This document shows, piece after piece, positions 40,635 to 49,600 of a stretch of 53,227 nt of DNA. The number at the start of each line of letters is the position of its first letter. Positions within the stretch are counted from its first letter, which is position 1. The stretch lies in assembly GCA_041082215.1 (NCBI GenBank), contig JBDOIF010000008.1, positions 70,036 through 123,262 of the forward strand, read 5' to 3'. The position numbers and the translations under genes were made by a program. Origin of the DNA: Anaerolineae bacterium (lineage in GTDB: Bacteria > Chloroflexota > Anaerolineae > B4-G1 > DUEL01). The notes beneath the pieces are model-generated. The model did no database searches. It saw only the letters and a program-made list of their open reading frames with translations, and was not told where the DNA came from.

Positions 40635-40810
40635 GGGTGCATTTCAGTTTGGGGGCGAGTTACACCTTAATTTTGCCCACCTGATGGTGGTTTGATCCCT
40701 CACCCCTCCCCCTCCGGGAGGGAGCCAGGGGGTGGGGTGAGGGCCAGGTAGAGCAATTAGCCTCCAGCGCAGGCAGTTACCACATCTTCCCAAAAAACTG
40801 AAATGCACCC
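40635..40810. mobile_element. MITE-like element, 176 bp
   Basis: Perfect 16-bp terminal inverted repeats GGGTGCATTTCAGTTT / AAACTGAAATGCACCC; flanks GAGCCTCA / AAGCCTTA; internal CCCTCACCCC..GGGGTGAGGG hairpin. Confidence 0.7.
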
Positions 40811-40932
40811 AAGCCTTAGAACCTATCCGAACAGTTGTGGGGCAGGCTTTCCAGCCTGCCTGGACGGCCTGGAAAAGCTGTCCTGTTGCCTGATCCGCGG
40901 ATCCGTGAGCTATCAAACCGAAAGGGGGAGCG

Positions 40933-42387
40933 ATGAAGAAGCGCAGGGGGAAGTGGCTGTGGGTGGTTCTCCTGGTCCTTTTCATCACCCTGGGGCAAGG
41001 GGAGCCTCCGAAGACGACCGCACAGTTGCCTCCCCACCTGGCCTACGGCATCAACGTGCGCCTTGTGGAACATCTGGATCCGCTGGTCGCTCCCCTGGGC
41101 TTCAACTGGATCAAGCTGTGGGATGAGTATGTCCACCCCGACGAGTTTCCCACAGACCCCCTGCCCTACCACGTTGAATACCTCTTCTCCTGCCAGGGCT
41201 ATATCTTCGGTGACCTGGAAGCGTGGAGGGAACACGTCGAGGAGCTGGTAACGACCCTCGGGGAACGGGTTGACGCCTATGAGGTTTGCAATGAGCCCAA
41301 CCTGGGCTGGATGTGGGAAGGGCAGCCGCCGGACCCCGCCCGCTATGTCGAGATGTTGTGCGTGGCCTACGAGCAGATCAAGGAGCACGACCCGGAGGCA
41401 ACGGTGGTGAGCGGCGGGCTGGCACCGACGGGCCGCATTCAAGGGACCTGTAAGGGGCAGAGCGGCGAGGTCTGGAACGGCAACAATTGCAAGGCGATGG
41501 ATGAGCGGATTTACCTTTCCGAGATGCTGGAACACGGAGCGGGGTCCTGCATGGATGCCTTCGGGTTTCATCCCTATGGCTTCGCCTACCCACCGGAGAC
41601 GGACCCCAATGATGTGGAGAACGGCTTCAGCTTTCGGGCAGCGGAGGTGATGCAGGAGAACCTGGAGGCCCATGGATTGGGCCACGTCCCCGTCTGGGCG
41701 ACCGAGTTCAACTGGATAAGGGACCCCAGCGAAGACGGCCGCTTTTTCTGTCACAGCCAGCCGGACTATGAGGGCCTCTTCGGATGGATGGATGTACGGG
41801 AGGATCAACAGGCCGACTACCTGGTGCGGGCCTTCCGCTACGCCGACGAGAACTGGCCGTGGATGCAGGGAATGTTTGTGTGGAATCTGGACTGGCACAA
41901 CTACAACTGGCCCTGCGAGCCCAGCCGGTACTTTTCGATCCGACGGGACAACGGCACCGATCTGGGAGCCCCCACTATGGTCTACGATGCGCTGGTGACA
42001 ATGGAGAAGCGGCCTGGGCCGTTCGCGCCCCGGCTGGTTGTCCAGCCGCTGGAGTTGACGTGGCTGGTGGATGTGGATGAGGGACGCGTTGTTACGGGCT
42101 TCGTGAACGTCCTCAACAGTGGCTACCGCACCCTCACCTGGACGGCGACGGTGGACTCTGAGGGGGAGGTCGTTCCCACCCTGCCGGTGACCATCGGCGT
42201 GCAGGGGGAGAGGATGGAGGTAATGGTGGATACCTCCTGGCTGGTGACCGGGACACATACCGGATGGATCACCGTCACCGCCGCCCCCAGCGACACGCTG
42301 GACTCGCCCCAACGGGTGGAGCTCAGGGTACTGGTCGTCCCCGAGGTCTGGCCCCTCTATCTGCCGGCCGTCCTCCGCCGATCATAG
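40933..42387 (+). CDS. Secreted clan GH-A-like glycoside hydrolase with BACON/Ig-like domain and YLPAVLR tail
   Basis: Signal peptide, YEVCNEPN (acid/base), FHPYG, VWATEFNW (nucleophile). Confidence 0.8.
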   Translation: MKKRRGKWLWVVLLVLFITLGQGEPPKTTAQLPPHLAYGINVRLVEHLDPLVAPLGFNWIKLWDEYVHPDEFPTDPLPYHVEYLFSCQGYIFGDLEAWREHVEELVTTLGERVDAYEVCNEPNLGWMWEGQPPDPARYVEMLCVAYEQIKEHDPEATVVSGGLAPTGRIQGTCKGQSGEVWNGNNCKAMDERIYLSEMLEHGAGSCMDAFGFHPYGFAYPPETDPNDVENGFSFRAAEVMQENLEAHGLGHVPVWATEFNWIRDPSEDGRFFCHSQPDYEGLFGWMDVREDQQADYLVRAFRYADENWPWMQGMFVWNLDWHNYNWPCEPSRYFSIRRDNGTDLGAPTMVYDALVTMEKRPGPFAPRLVVQPLELTWLVDVDEGRVVTGFVNVLNSGYRTLTWTATVDSEGEVVPTLPVTIGVQGERMEVMVDTSWLVTGTHTGWITVTAAPSDTLDSPQRVELRVLVVPEVWPLYLPAVLRRS

Positions 42388-43704
42388 CCGGCGGTCACTT
42401 CGCGTCCCCTGCCCGGGCGGAGCAGCGACGGAGGCGGCAGCGCGCCCCTCCCAATCGAGCGGGATCGGATGATCCAGCATCCCCGCCAGCTCCCTCAGGT
42501 CAGCCTCGGCATCGGTGAAGACGATGGCATGCATCCCGAGGGCCTGGGCTGCGTCGGTATTGCGCACCAAGTCGTCCAGCAGGACCGCCTCTTCAGGCCT
42601 GACCCCCAGCCGGTCCAGCACCAACTGATAGATGGCCGGGTCCGGCTTGGCTAGCCCCACCTCCGCTGAATTGACATAAACATCAAACTCGGCCCGCGGG
42701 TCGAAGCCGTATCGCTTCTGAACCACCTCGGCGTGGCCCGGGAAGGCATTGGTCAGCAGCGCGACCCGATAGCGGCTCCGCAACGCCCGTGCTGTCGCCA
42801 GGACCCGCTCGTCCAGAGGATCGTCAGCGTAATACTCCTGGTAGAACCGCTGGACCGCTTCCCGGTCCGGCAGGCCGAGGCTACGGGCCACGTGGAGGTC
42901 ATACGCCTCAGATGAGATAGCCCCTACTTCGAGCTGTTTCCATTCCCGCCCCCAGAGGACCCGGTCCAGGGCCCCCCCAGCCAGGCCAAGACGCTCTTCC
43001 CACTCGTGGGTCCGCTGGAGGAAGGTCAGAGGGGCAAGAACCCCGCCCCAGTCGAAGATGACGGCGCGGATGGACGGTAGGGGATGAGGAAGGGGAATCC
43101 CCACAGGAAGGCCTGCGGACGCCAGCGCGCGCCGCAGGTGGGCGATCCCCCGGAAGCGGACGCCAGTCATCCCCAGCCGTTGAGCTGCCACCACATTGCC
43201 CTTCAGGTCGTCCACAAAGAACGCCTCGGCAGGTTCCACGCCCAACCGCTCCAGCACACGCTGGTAGATGAGGGGATCAGGTTTCCGGACCCCCTCCAGG
43301 GCGGAGACGACTTTCACGTCGAACAGGTCGGACAGGCCCAGGGAAGACAGTAGCTCCGGCAGGTTGGAGGCGTGGTTGCTGAGGAGAGCGGTGCGCAGAC
43401 CGAGCTGGCGCAACCGGCGGATCAGCGCGACCAGCTCCTGATCCAGCCGGTCGCCCCTCCAGAAGTCCTGGCTGAGGGCAGCCAGTTCGCTTTTCCCCAG
43501 CTTCAGACGGAGGGCCAGCTCCGCCCACACCTCTGCTAACGATATTTCCCCAAGCTGTGCCCGCTCCCAGGCCTGGCTCTGGAAAAAGAGGTCCGCCAGG
43601 TCGCCGGGGAAGAGGTTCAGCCGTCGCTCCCAGGCCAGGCGGGGTCGGATGTCGGCGGTGCGCATCAGCACACTGCCCCAGTCGGTGATGAAGGCACGGA
43701 TCAT
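42382..43704 (-). CDS. Tandem double HAD-family phosphatase
   Basis: DWGSVL/LSN/KP/FVDD followed by DWGGVL/LTN/KP/LLDD. Confidence 0.88.
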   Translation of the reverse strand: MIRAFITDWGSVLMRTADIRPRLAWERRLNLFPGDLADLFFQSQAWERAQLGEISLAEVWAELALRLKLGKSELAALSQDFWRGDRLDQELVALIRRLRQLGLRTALLSNHASNLPELLSSLGLSDLFDVKVVSALEGVRKPDPLIYQRVLERLGVEPAEAFFVDDLKGNVVAAQRLGMTGVRFRGIAHLRRALASAGLPVGIPLPHPLPSIRAVIFDWGGVLAPLTFLQRTHEWEERLGLAGGALDRVLWGREWKQLEVGAISSEAYDLHVARSLGLPDREAVQRFYQEYYADDPLDERVLATARALRSRYRVALLTNAFPGHAEVVQKRYGFDPRAEFDVYVNSAEVGLAKPDPAIYQLVLDRLGVRPEEAVLLDDLVRNTDAAQALGMHAIVFTDAEADLRELAGMLDHPIPLDWEGRAAASVAAPPGQGTRSDRRL

Positions 43705-44414
43705 TCGGGAGCCTCCGAGTCAGGGAAGAGGTTGAGCAGTTCGGAGAACCGTTCCAGTGTGATCACCCGGTCGGGGTCGGCAAAGGGCACCCTCTCGAAG
43801 CTCCACGGCTCTGGAGAGGGGATATAGATGGCGCCAAAGCCGACCTTGAGGGCGGGGTTGATGTCGGAACGGGGGCTATCACCCACCACCCAGGTCTCTC
43901 GGGGGGCCAGGCCATAGTGGCCCATCAGTTCCCGCAGCACGTCCGGCCCCTTTTCCGGCACTACGTGGATCGCTTCGAAATAGGGAGAGAGGCCGGAGCG
44001 GGTCAGTTTATCCTGCTGAATCCGGGGATCTCCTTTCGTGAGGAGAATGAGGCGGCACCGTTGGGAGAGAGCAGGTATTGTCTCAGCCACACCATCCAGA
44101 AGGATAATGGGGAAATCGAGCACCTGCCGCCCGATGGCCTCGACCTCTTCTTCCACCTGAGGGTCGGGCTGGCGGCCGTGGAGCTGGCAGAGCTTCCGGT
44201 AAGCGACCGCTTTGCTGCGGGCAAACTCGATGGGCGAATAACCCGCCAGCGGCACGCGCTCCCGTTCGACCTCTTCAAAGATTTCCCGGGCCTCGGCAGG
44301 GCTGAACCCCTCACGGGCCATCCGTTCAACGAAAGCCTGGGTTGCCTTTTCGTAGAAGACGTTTGTTACCCAAAGGGTATCGTCGGCATCGAGAATGAGC
44401 GTCGGTTTTCCCAT
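43701..44414 (-). CDS. HAD-family hydrolase
   Basis: DADDTLW, LTKGD, VGDSPRSD. Confidence 0.9.
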   Translation of the reverse strand: MGKPTLILDADDTLWVTNVFYEKATQAFVERMAREGFSPAEAREIFEEVERERVPLAGYSPIEFARSKAVAYRKLCQLHGRQPDPQVEEEVEAIGRQVLDFPIILLDGVAETIPALSQRCRLILLTKGDPRIQQDKLTRSGLSPYFEAIHVVPEKGPDVLRELMGHYGLAPRETWVVGDSPRSDINPALKVGFGAIYIPSPEPWSFERVPFADPDRVITLERFSELLNLFPDSEAPE

Positions 44415-44526
44415 ACAGGGGCCAATTATACCCGACTTCGGAGAAAAAGCGAACCGCACGCGGGATGGAAACCGTCGGGCGATTAGGAAAAAGGTACTAT
44501 TTGGGCAAATAGATGGCCTGAAAGTC

Positions 44527-44554
44527 TTGACAGCAAAGGGACGGCGATTATAAT
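44527..44554 (+). promoter_or_regulatory. Consensus sigma70 promoter of the downstream operon
   Basis: TTGACA-16 nt-TATAAT, both hexamers perfect. Confidence 0.8.
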
Positions 44555-44576
44555 GGGAACTGCAAATTGAAACGTC

Positions 44577-44623
44577 GGCCGGAAGGAACCTTGAGCAAAA
44601 GGGCTCGCCTTCCGGCCTTTTTT
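44577..44623 (+). terminator. Leader terminator/attenuator hairpin
   Basis: GGCCGGAAGG...CCTTCCGGCC followed by T6, between the promoter and the first gene. Confidence 0.75.
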
Positions 44624-44654
44624 GTTTCCGGGCCTTCGTTTCCGGGAGGGAGAT

Positions 44655-45080
44655 ATGTTGAACGTCGTCATCGTCGAGGGATATGTGACCAGCAAAATCT
44701 GGCGCTGGAGCGGGGACCTCTGCTTCCGGCTGGCGTCGTATCGGGATTCACACCTGCCGCAGAAGCCGCCGCCTCCTCCGGGGACCAATCACGATCAGAC
44801 GGCGGATTATATGACGGTGCGGGTCCTCGGAGGGGCGCCGGGAGGGGTGCCGGTGGCGATCCAGCCCGGGCAGAGGGTACGCATCCACGGTTTCCTGGGC
44901 AGCCGCCCCTGGCGACGGACGCTGGCCGAGGTAGCACAGTTCACCCAGGGGCAACCCGTCCGCTGGGCATCGGGCTTCGACCCCGCCCAGGCAATCCTGG
45001 AAGATGAGGTGGTAGACGTGATCGCCGAACGGGTCATCGCCCTGGCAGCGCCATCTGGGGAGGGACCTGGGGAAATGTAA
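44655..45080 (+). CDS. Divergent SSB-like OB-fold protein
   Basis: MLNVVIVEGYV..FRLA..DYMTVRV..GQRVRIHGFL..VIAERV pattern resembles the SSB OB fold; GGGAGG RBS; no acidic DIPF tail. Confidence 0.6.
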   Translation: MLNVVIVEGYVTSKIWRWSGDLCFRLASYRDSHLPQKPPPPPGTNHDQTADYMTVRVLGGAPGGVPVAIQPGQRVRIHGFLGSRPWRRTLAEVAQFTQGQPVRWASGFDPAQAILEDEVVDVIAERVIALAAPSGEGPGEM

Positions 45081-45133
45081 AGCGGGTTTCTCCGATCCGG
45101 GCTGATGTCGCTCCGTCGGGCGTTTCGCAACGT

Positions 45134-45174
45134 AGGCCGGTCCTTCCACCATCTGGAAGCTGGCCTTTTTCTTT
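45134..45174 (+). terminator. Second terminator hairpin related to the leader hairpin
   Basis: AGGCCGG-tc-CTTCCA-ccatc-TGGAAG-CTGGCCT followed by TTTTCTTT. Confidence 0.7.
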
Positions 45175-45436
45175 GCCTCTGCACATTACCAGGCCTGGGA
45201 GAACGGAGTCTGTTCTCCCGGCGCATATTCAGCCGGGCCTGTTTGCCTGGTTTCTCCATCCCTTCTCCTTTTCAGGGGATCTCCGCCCGCACTGGGCGTG
45301 GGTCCACGTCGGCGTGATAGGCCACGTCGGCGGTGCTTCGTTCGACCGGGGTGGGAGGGCATCCCACCACGGGCAGCATTCCTCACGCAGGAAGGGCTGC
45401 TGGACTCCACAAAACTAAAGAAAGGAGAGGTTAAGG

Positions 45437-45883
45437 ATGGAGGACATCTTATCAACGGTACTGTCTTCGGCCCTTGTGCTGGTAGTGGTGGTTCTGATCC
45501 GCCACTGGGGAGGGCCGTCGGTCGCCCGTCGGCCGGCGGTGGCAGGCGTGCTTGTGGCCCCGGCCACTCCCTTCGCCACAGCCTGCCTGGCCCACAGACG
45601 GGACCCCTCGTCCTGTCTGAGTTGCGGGCTGTGCCAGCAGTGCTGGGGCCTGAGGAGCGTACCGGCAGCGGAGGAGATCGAGGGCAGGCCCGGCGGCATC
45701 GCCGACAGGAGCAGGGCTTCGCTCGATCCGGTGGTGAATCTGGAGCGGGTCGAGCGGCTCCTGAAAGCGGCGGACGGCCTGCTGAGCCGATTCCTCGAAC
45801 TCCTCAACGTGCTGCCGGTCCAGCAGATCGTCCACGCCTTCGGACGGTTGCTCCAGCTCCTGCTGGCGCGTGCCTCCGGGTAG
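45437..45883 (+). CDS. Hypothetical membrane-anchored protein with Cys cluster
   Basis: Strong AAAGGAGAGG RBS, N-terminal TM, CLSCGLCQQC. Confidence 0.6.
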   Translation: MEDILSTVLSSALVLVVVVLIRHWGGPSVARRPAVAGVLVAPATPFATACLAHRRDPSSCLSCGLCQQCWGLRSVPAAEEIEGRPGGIADRSRASLDPVVNLERVERLLKAADGLLSRFLELLNVLPVQQIVHAFGRLLQLLLARASG

Positions 45884-45968
45884 GTCCGTGGAGATCGGAG
45901 CCCCTCTGCGGGCGGGAGTGCCCTCCCACTCCTGCCCGATCCAAACAAGCAACCAGCAACCAGCGCCA

Positions 45969-46637
45969 ATGAACGGTCTGCTCGACATTCTGATTCTCAC
46001 CACCAATGGCCTGTTGGTGATCCTGTACTGGCTCTGGGCCCACCTGCCGGTGGCCCTCTCCTGGGGGCTTGCGGCGGGGGTGACGATGCTGCTGGACACC
46101 GACGTATCCCGTCGGGCCGGCCACCGGCCTGCCCGCTACGGACGCAGGGCTGTTCAGAGGGAGTCACGCACCGCCTACCTGGGCACCCCCCTCCTGGCCC
46201 TCCTCTGGACGGCCGTTGGGCTGGCCGCCCCGCCCCCCATCCCCCTCATCGGCCTGGCGATGTGGGCCTGCCTGCTGCTGGCGCCGCTGACCGTTCCGAT
46301 GGAGCGGGAGCCGCTGCTTTCCCGCCTCAAGTGGATGCTGGCGGTCTACGCAGCGGCAGCGGGGGGGTTCCTCCTGCTCCTGCGCTCCCAGCTTTCCCCT
46401 GCCGCTCTGGCCGCCTGGTCCCAAAGCCTGGGACGGGCAGGGGCAGGGGAGGCGCTGGAGGCGGCGGTGGTCTCCTCGGTGGTCCCCTACGCGGCGCTGA
46501 TGCTCTGGGTCATCGGCCCGCTGATGTTCTTTGGCTACGTCGCCCAGCGGTTCGCCGTCCACGCCAAGACGCGGGTCAGCCCCTGGGCAACGGTGGAGGA
46601 GCGCATCCGCCAACTGCGGGCGCGTGGGGAGGAATGA
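45969..46637 (+). CDS. Hypothetical polytopic membrane protein
   Basis: About 5-6 hydrophobic segments; ends 3 nt before the ATPase start. Confidence 0.75.
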   Translation: MNGLLDILILTTNGLLVILYWLWAHLPVALSWGLAAGVTMLLDTDVSRRAGHRPARYGRRAVQRESRTAYLGTPLLALLWTAVGLAAPPPIPLIGLAMWACLLLAPLTVPMEREPLLSRLKWMLAVYAAAAGGFLLLLRSQLSPAALAAWSQSLGRAGAGEALEAAVVSSVVPYAALMLWVIGPLMFFGYVAQRFAVHAKTRVSPWATVEERIRQLRARGEE

Positions 46638-46640
46638 GCG

Positions 46641-49600
46641 ATGGCGCGAAAATCCGGCCCCGTCTCTTCTGACCTGGCACCGGACGATCTGGTCGTCCTG
46701 GACAACGGCATCCGGTTCGCGGAGGATCAGGACCGGATGGAGTACCTCTGGTTCCACCTGCGGGAGCTGGAGGACGGGCGGGAATACGACCTGTGGCGGG
46801 TGGTGCGCCTGGGACTCCTGCGTTATCTCCCGCAGGAGCACCGTCAGGAGCCTGGCCTGCCGGAGAAGATGCGCGCCGCGCTGGTCGGGCTGTACGGCTC
46901 CCGGCGGGCCAGCTACGATCTGGTGGAAATCAAGGCGGGAATCTTCAACCCACCGCTGGGCGTGCTCCAGATGTTCGGCGCCGTCGGCATCGCCGAATCC
47001 CAGGAAGAGGCCATCCGCAACGCCGAGCTGGGAATGGCTGCGGTGCAGGGAGCCATTGCTAACTTCGAGCAGTCGCGGCTGATCCCGCTTTCGGTCCAGA
47101 TCGCTGACTGGCTCCGGCGAGCGCTGGCGGAGTTCCCCCACGTCATCGTGACCATCGGCCACCCGGAACCCCGCGCCGGCAGGCGGGGGATGGGCCGGGA
47201 AGGGCCGGGGGAGAGGGACCGGAGCACTGTCCCCCAGGATGCGATGCTCCCGCCCCAGCAGGGGGAAATGCTCTGCCGGGCGCTGGCGGCCGTCCAGGAA
47301 GAGTTTCTGATGGTGACCCTGGCCTCCCGCGTTCTCCAGCAGGACCTGGCGCGGATGCTGGCCGGGATCGCGGCGGAGGCGAGCGTCCCTGCCAGCCAGA
47401 TGACGGGGGTGGAGGCGATCACCACGGGGATCGCCCTGCCGGTCAGCCTGGCCGAGAGCCTGGGGCGGAGCGCGGTGTCGGCCTACGGCCAGACCCAGGG
47501 CACGGCCGTCTCCGACTCCTTCGCCGACTCCGAGGCGACCAGCCACGTGGAGGGCCACGCCACCACCGTCGGCCACGCGGTGACCGACGGGACGGCCCAC
47601 ACCGAGGGGCACGCCACCACGTCGGGGAGTTCGGTGACGACCAGCGTCGTCACCTCCGAGGGCACGGCCCATACCGAGGGGACGGCCCATACCGAGGGGA
47701 CGGCCCACACAGAGGGGACGGCGCATACTTCCGGTAGCTCGTCGTCCGTGTCGAGTGCTTCCGGAAGCAGCTGGGGGGTGATACAGGGACTAGCCAACAC
47801 CACAGGGACGGCCCACACAGAGGGGACGGCCCATACCGAGGGGACGGCCCACACAGAGGGGACGGCGCATAGTACCGGAGGCAGCCAGGGGACCACCACG
47901 ACGCGCGGGGCGTCTTTCGGCGCTCATATAGGGCAGCACGTCGGTGGCTCTATCGGCGGAGGCATCGTCCCGGGCACCTTGAGTTCTGGCACGGATTACG
48001 GGGTTGAGGGATCGTTCAACTCCAGCCAGTCGGTCAGCAATTCTCACGAATGGAGTTCGTCCACCTCTACCGCCGATACGTCCTCGGCGGCGGACACCAC
48101 CTCTGCCGCCGATACGTCCTCGGCGGCAACTACGCAGTCAGTCGCTACAAGTGTTGGCGGATTCAGCTCAACCTCGGTGTCATCTTCGTCCTTCTCCTCT
48201 GTCAGCCGCTCCATCGCCGACACTGTCTCCGCCGCCGACACGACCTCCCAGGCCGATACCACCTCTCGCTCGGTCAGCCGGGGTGTCTCCCACGGTTCCT
48301 TCTCGTCCACCACCCACTCCGTCGCCGACACCCTCTCCCACGCCGAGACCCGCTCCTGGGCACGCACCACCAGCGTTGCCGACGGGACGGCCCACGGGAC
48401 CACCCGCGCCCACGGCGTCTCCCGCTCCTCCGGCACAGCGGTCGGGCGGAGCCTGGGGGTGATGCGGGGGACGGGATTCGGCGCGGCGGCGGTCCCTTCC
48501 TTCGCCCTCACCCGCTCCTACCAGTGGTGGAACGACCAGGCGGTGCAGCTTGCCCAGCTCCTTCGCGCCCAGGAGGAGCTCTTGCGACAGGCCACCCTCG
48601 AAGGGGCTTTCCTGACCGACGTGTACATCCTCACCCGCACTGAGCGGGGGGCGGCGGCGGCGGAGGTGGCGGTCCGGCAGGCGTTTCAGGGCGTCGGGCC
48701 CCTGGTGGTCACGCCCGTCCAATCCCGCGTCCTGCGCCTTCCCCAGGAGCAGGCATACATCCGCGCCCACGCGATGGCCTTCACCCCCTCGACGCGCCGC
48801 GAGCGTGTGGCGGGCGCGCTGGAGGCGTACAGGGACTCGACGCTGCTTTTGCCCACGCAGCTGGCAGCTTATGTCGCCCCCGTCCTCTTCGAGGAAGGGC
48901 TTTCCGTCACCACCCAGGAGCGCATCCCCGCCTTCGCCTTCGTGCCGGATATGCCCGGCGATGTCGTGCTGGCCCACCAGTGGTCCACCGAACGGGCGGA
49001 GCTGACCGGGGCCCCGCTGCGGATGTCGTCGGACCGCTTCTTCCACACCGTCTTCGCCGCCGACACCGGCTTCGGCAAGACCGTCGCGGCGGAGCGGCTG
49101 GTGGTGGAGACGACCCGGAAGTGGCACTTCCGCACGGTGGTGCTGGACTTCGGGGCAGGGTGGCGCAGGCTGCTCAACGCTCCCCTGGGAGAGCCGGGGC
49201 GGGTGGAGGTGTGGCAGCTCTTCCCCGGCGCAGCGGTCCCCTTCCGCTGGAACCCCTGGCAGGTGGGGAAGCGGATTCAACCGGAGCGACAACTGGTGGC
49301 GACGTGCGAGATTTTCAAGAACGCCGGGCGGATGGGCCCCCGGCAGTTGGGCTTTATGCGCCGGGCGGCCCGACAGCTCTACCTGGAGCACGGCATACTG
49401 ACCTCCGACCGGGAGGTCTGGGCCGACACGAGGTGGAATACGGTGCGCGACGCCGACGAGGAAGAGGCCATCAACGCCGCCCGGCGGGAACGGGGAATGG
49501 CGGAGCGGACCTGTGTCGGCGACCACCTGGGCGACCTGGAAGGGTTTGAGCGCCAGGCACTGGCCGTCCACCGCTCCCGGCGGGTGGGTATGGCCGCCTG

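Noticed and set aside
44415..44526. Possible att site or element boundary before the operon
   Set aside because: No tRNA, integrase or direct repeat is visible; the other end would lie outside the window.
47664..47879. 18-bp tandem repeats as a CRISPR or iteron array
   Set aside because: No spacers; the units are in frame with synonymous third-position variation, so the repeat is at protein level.
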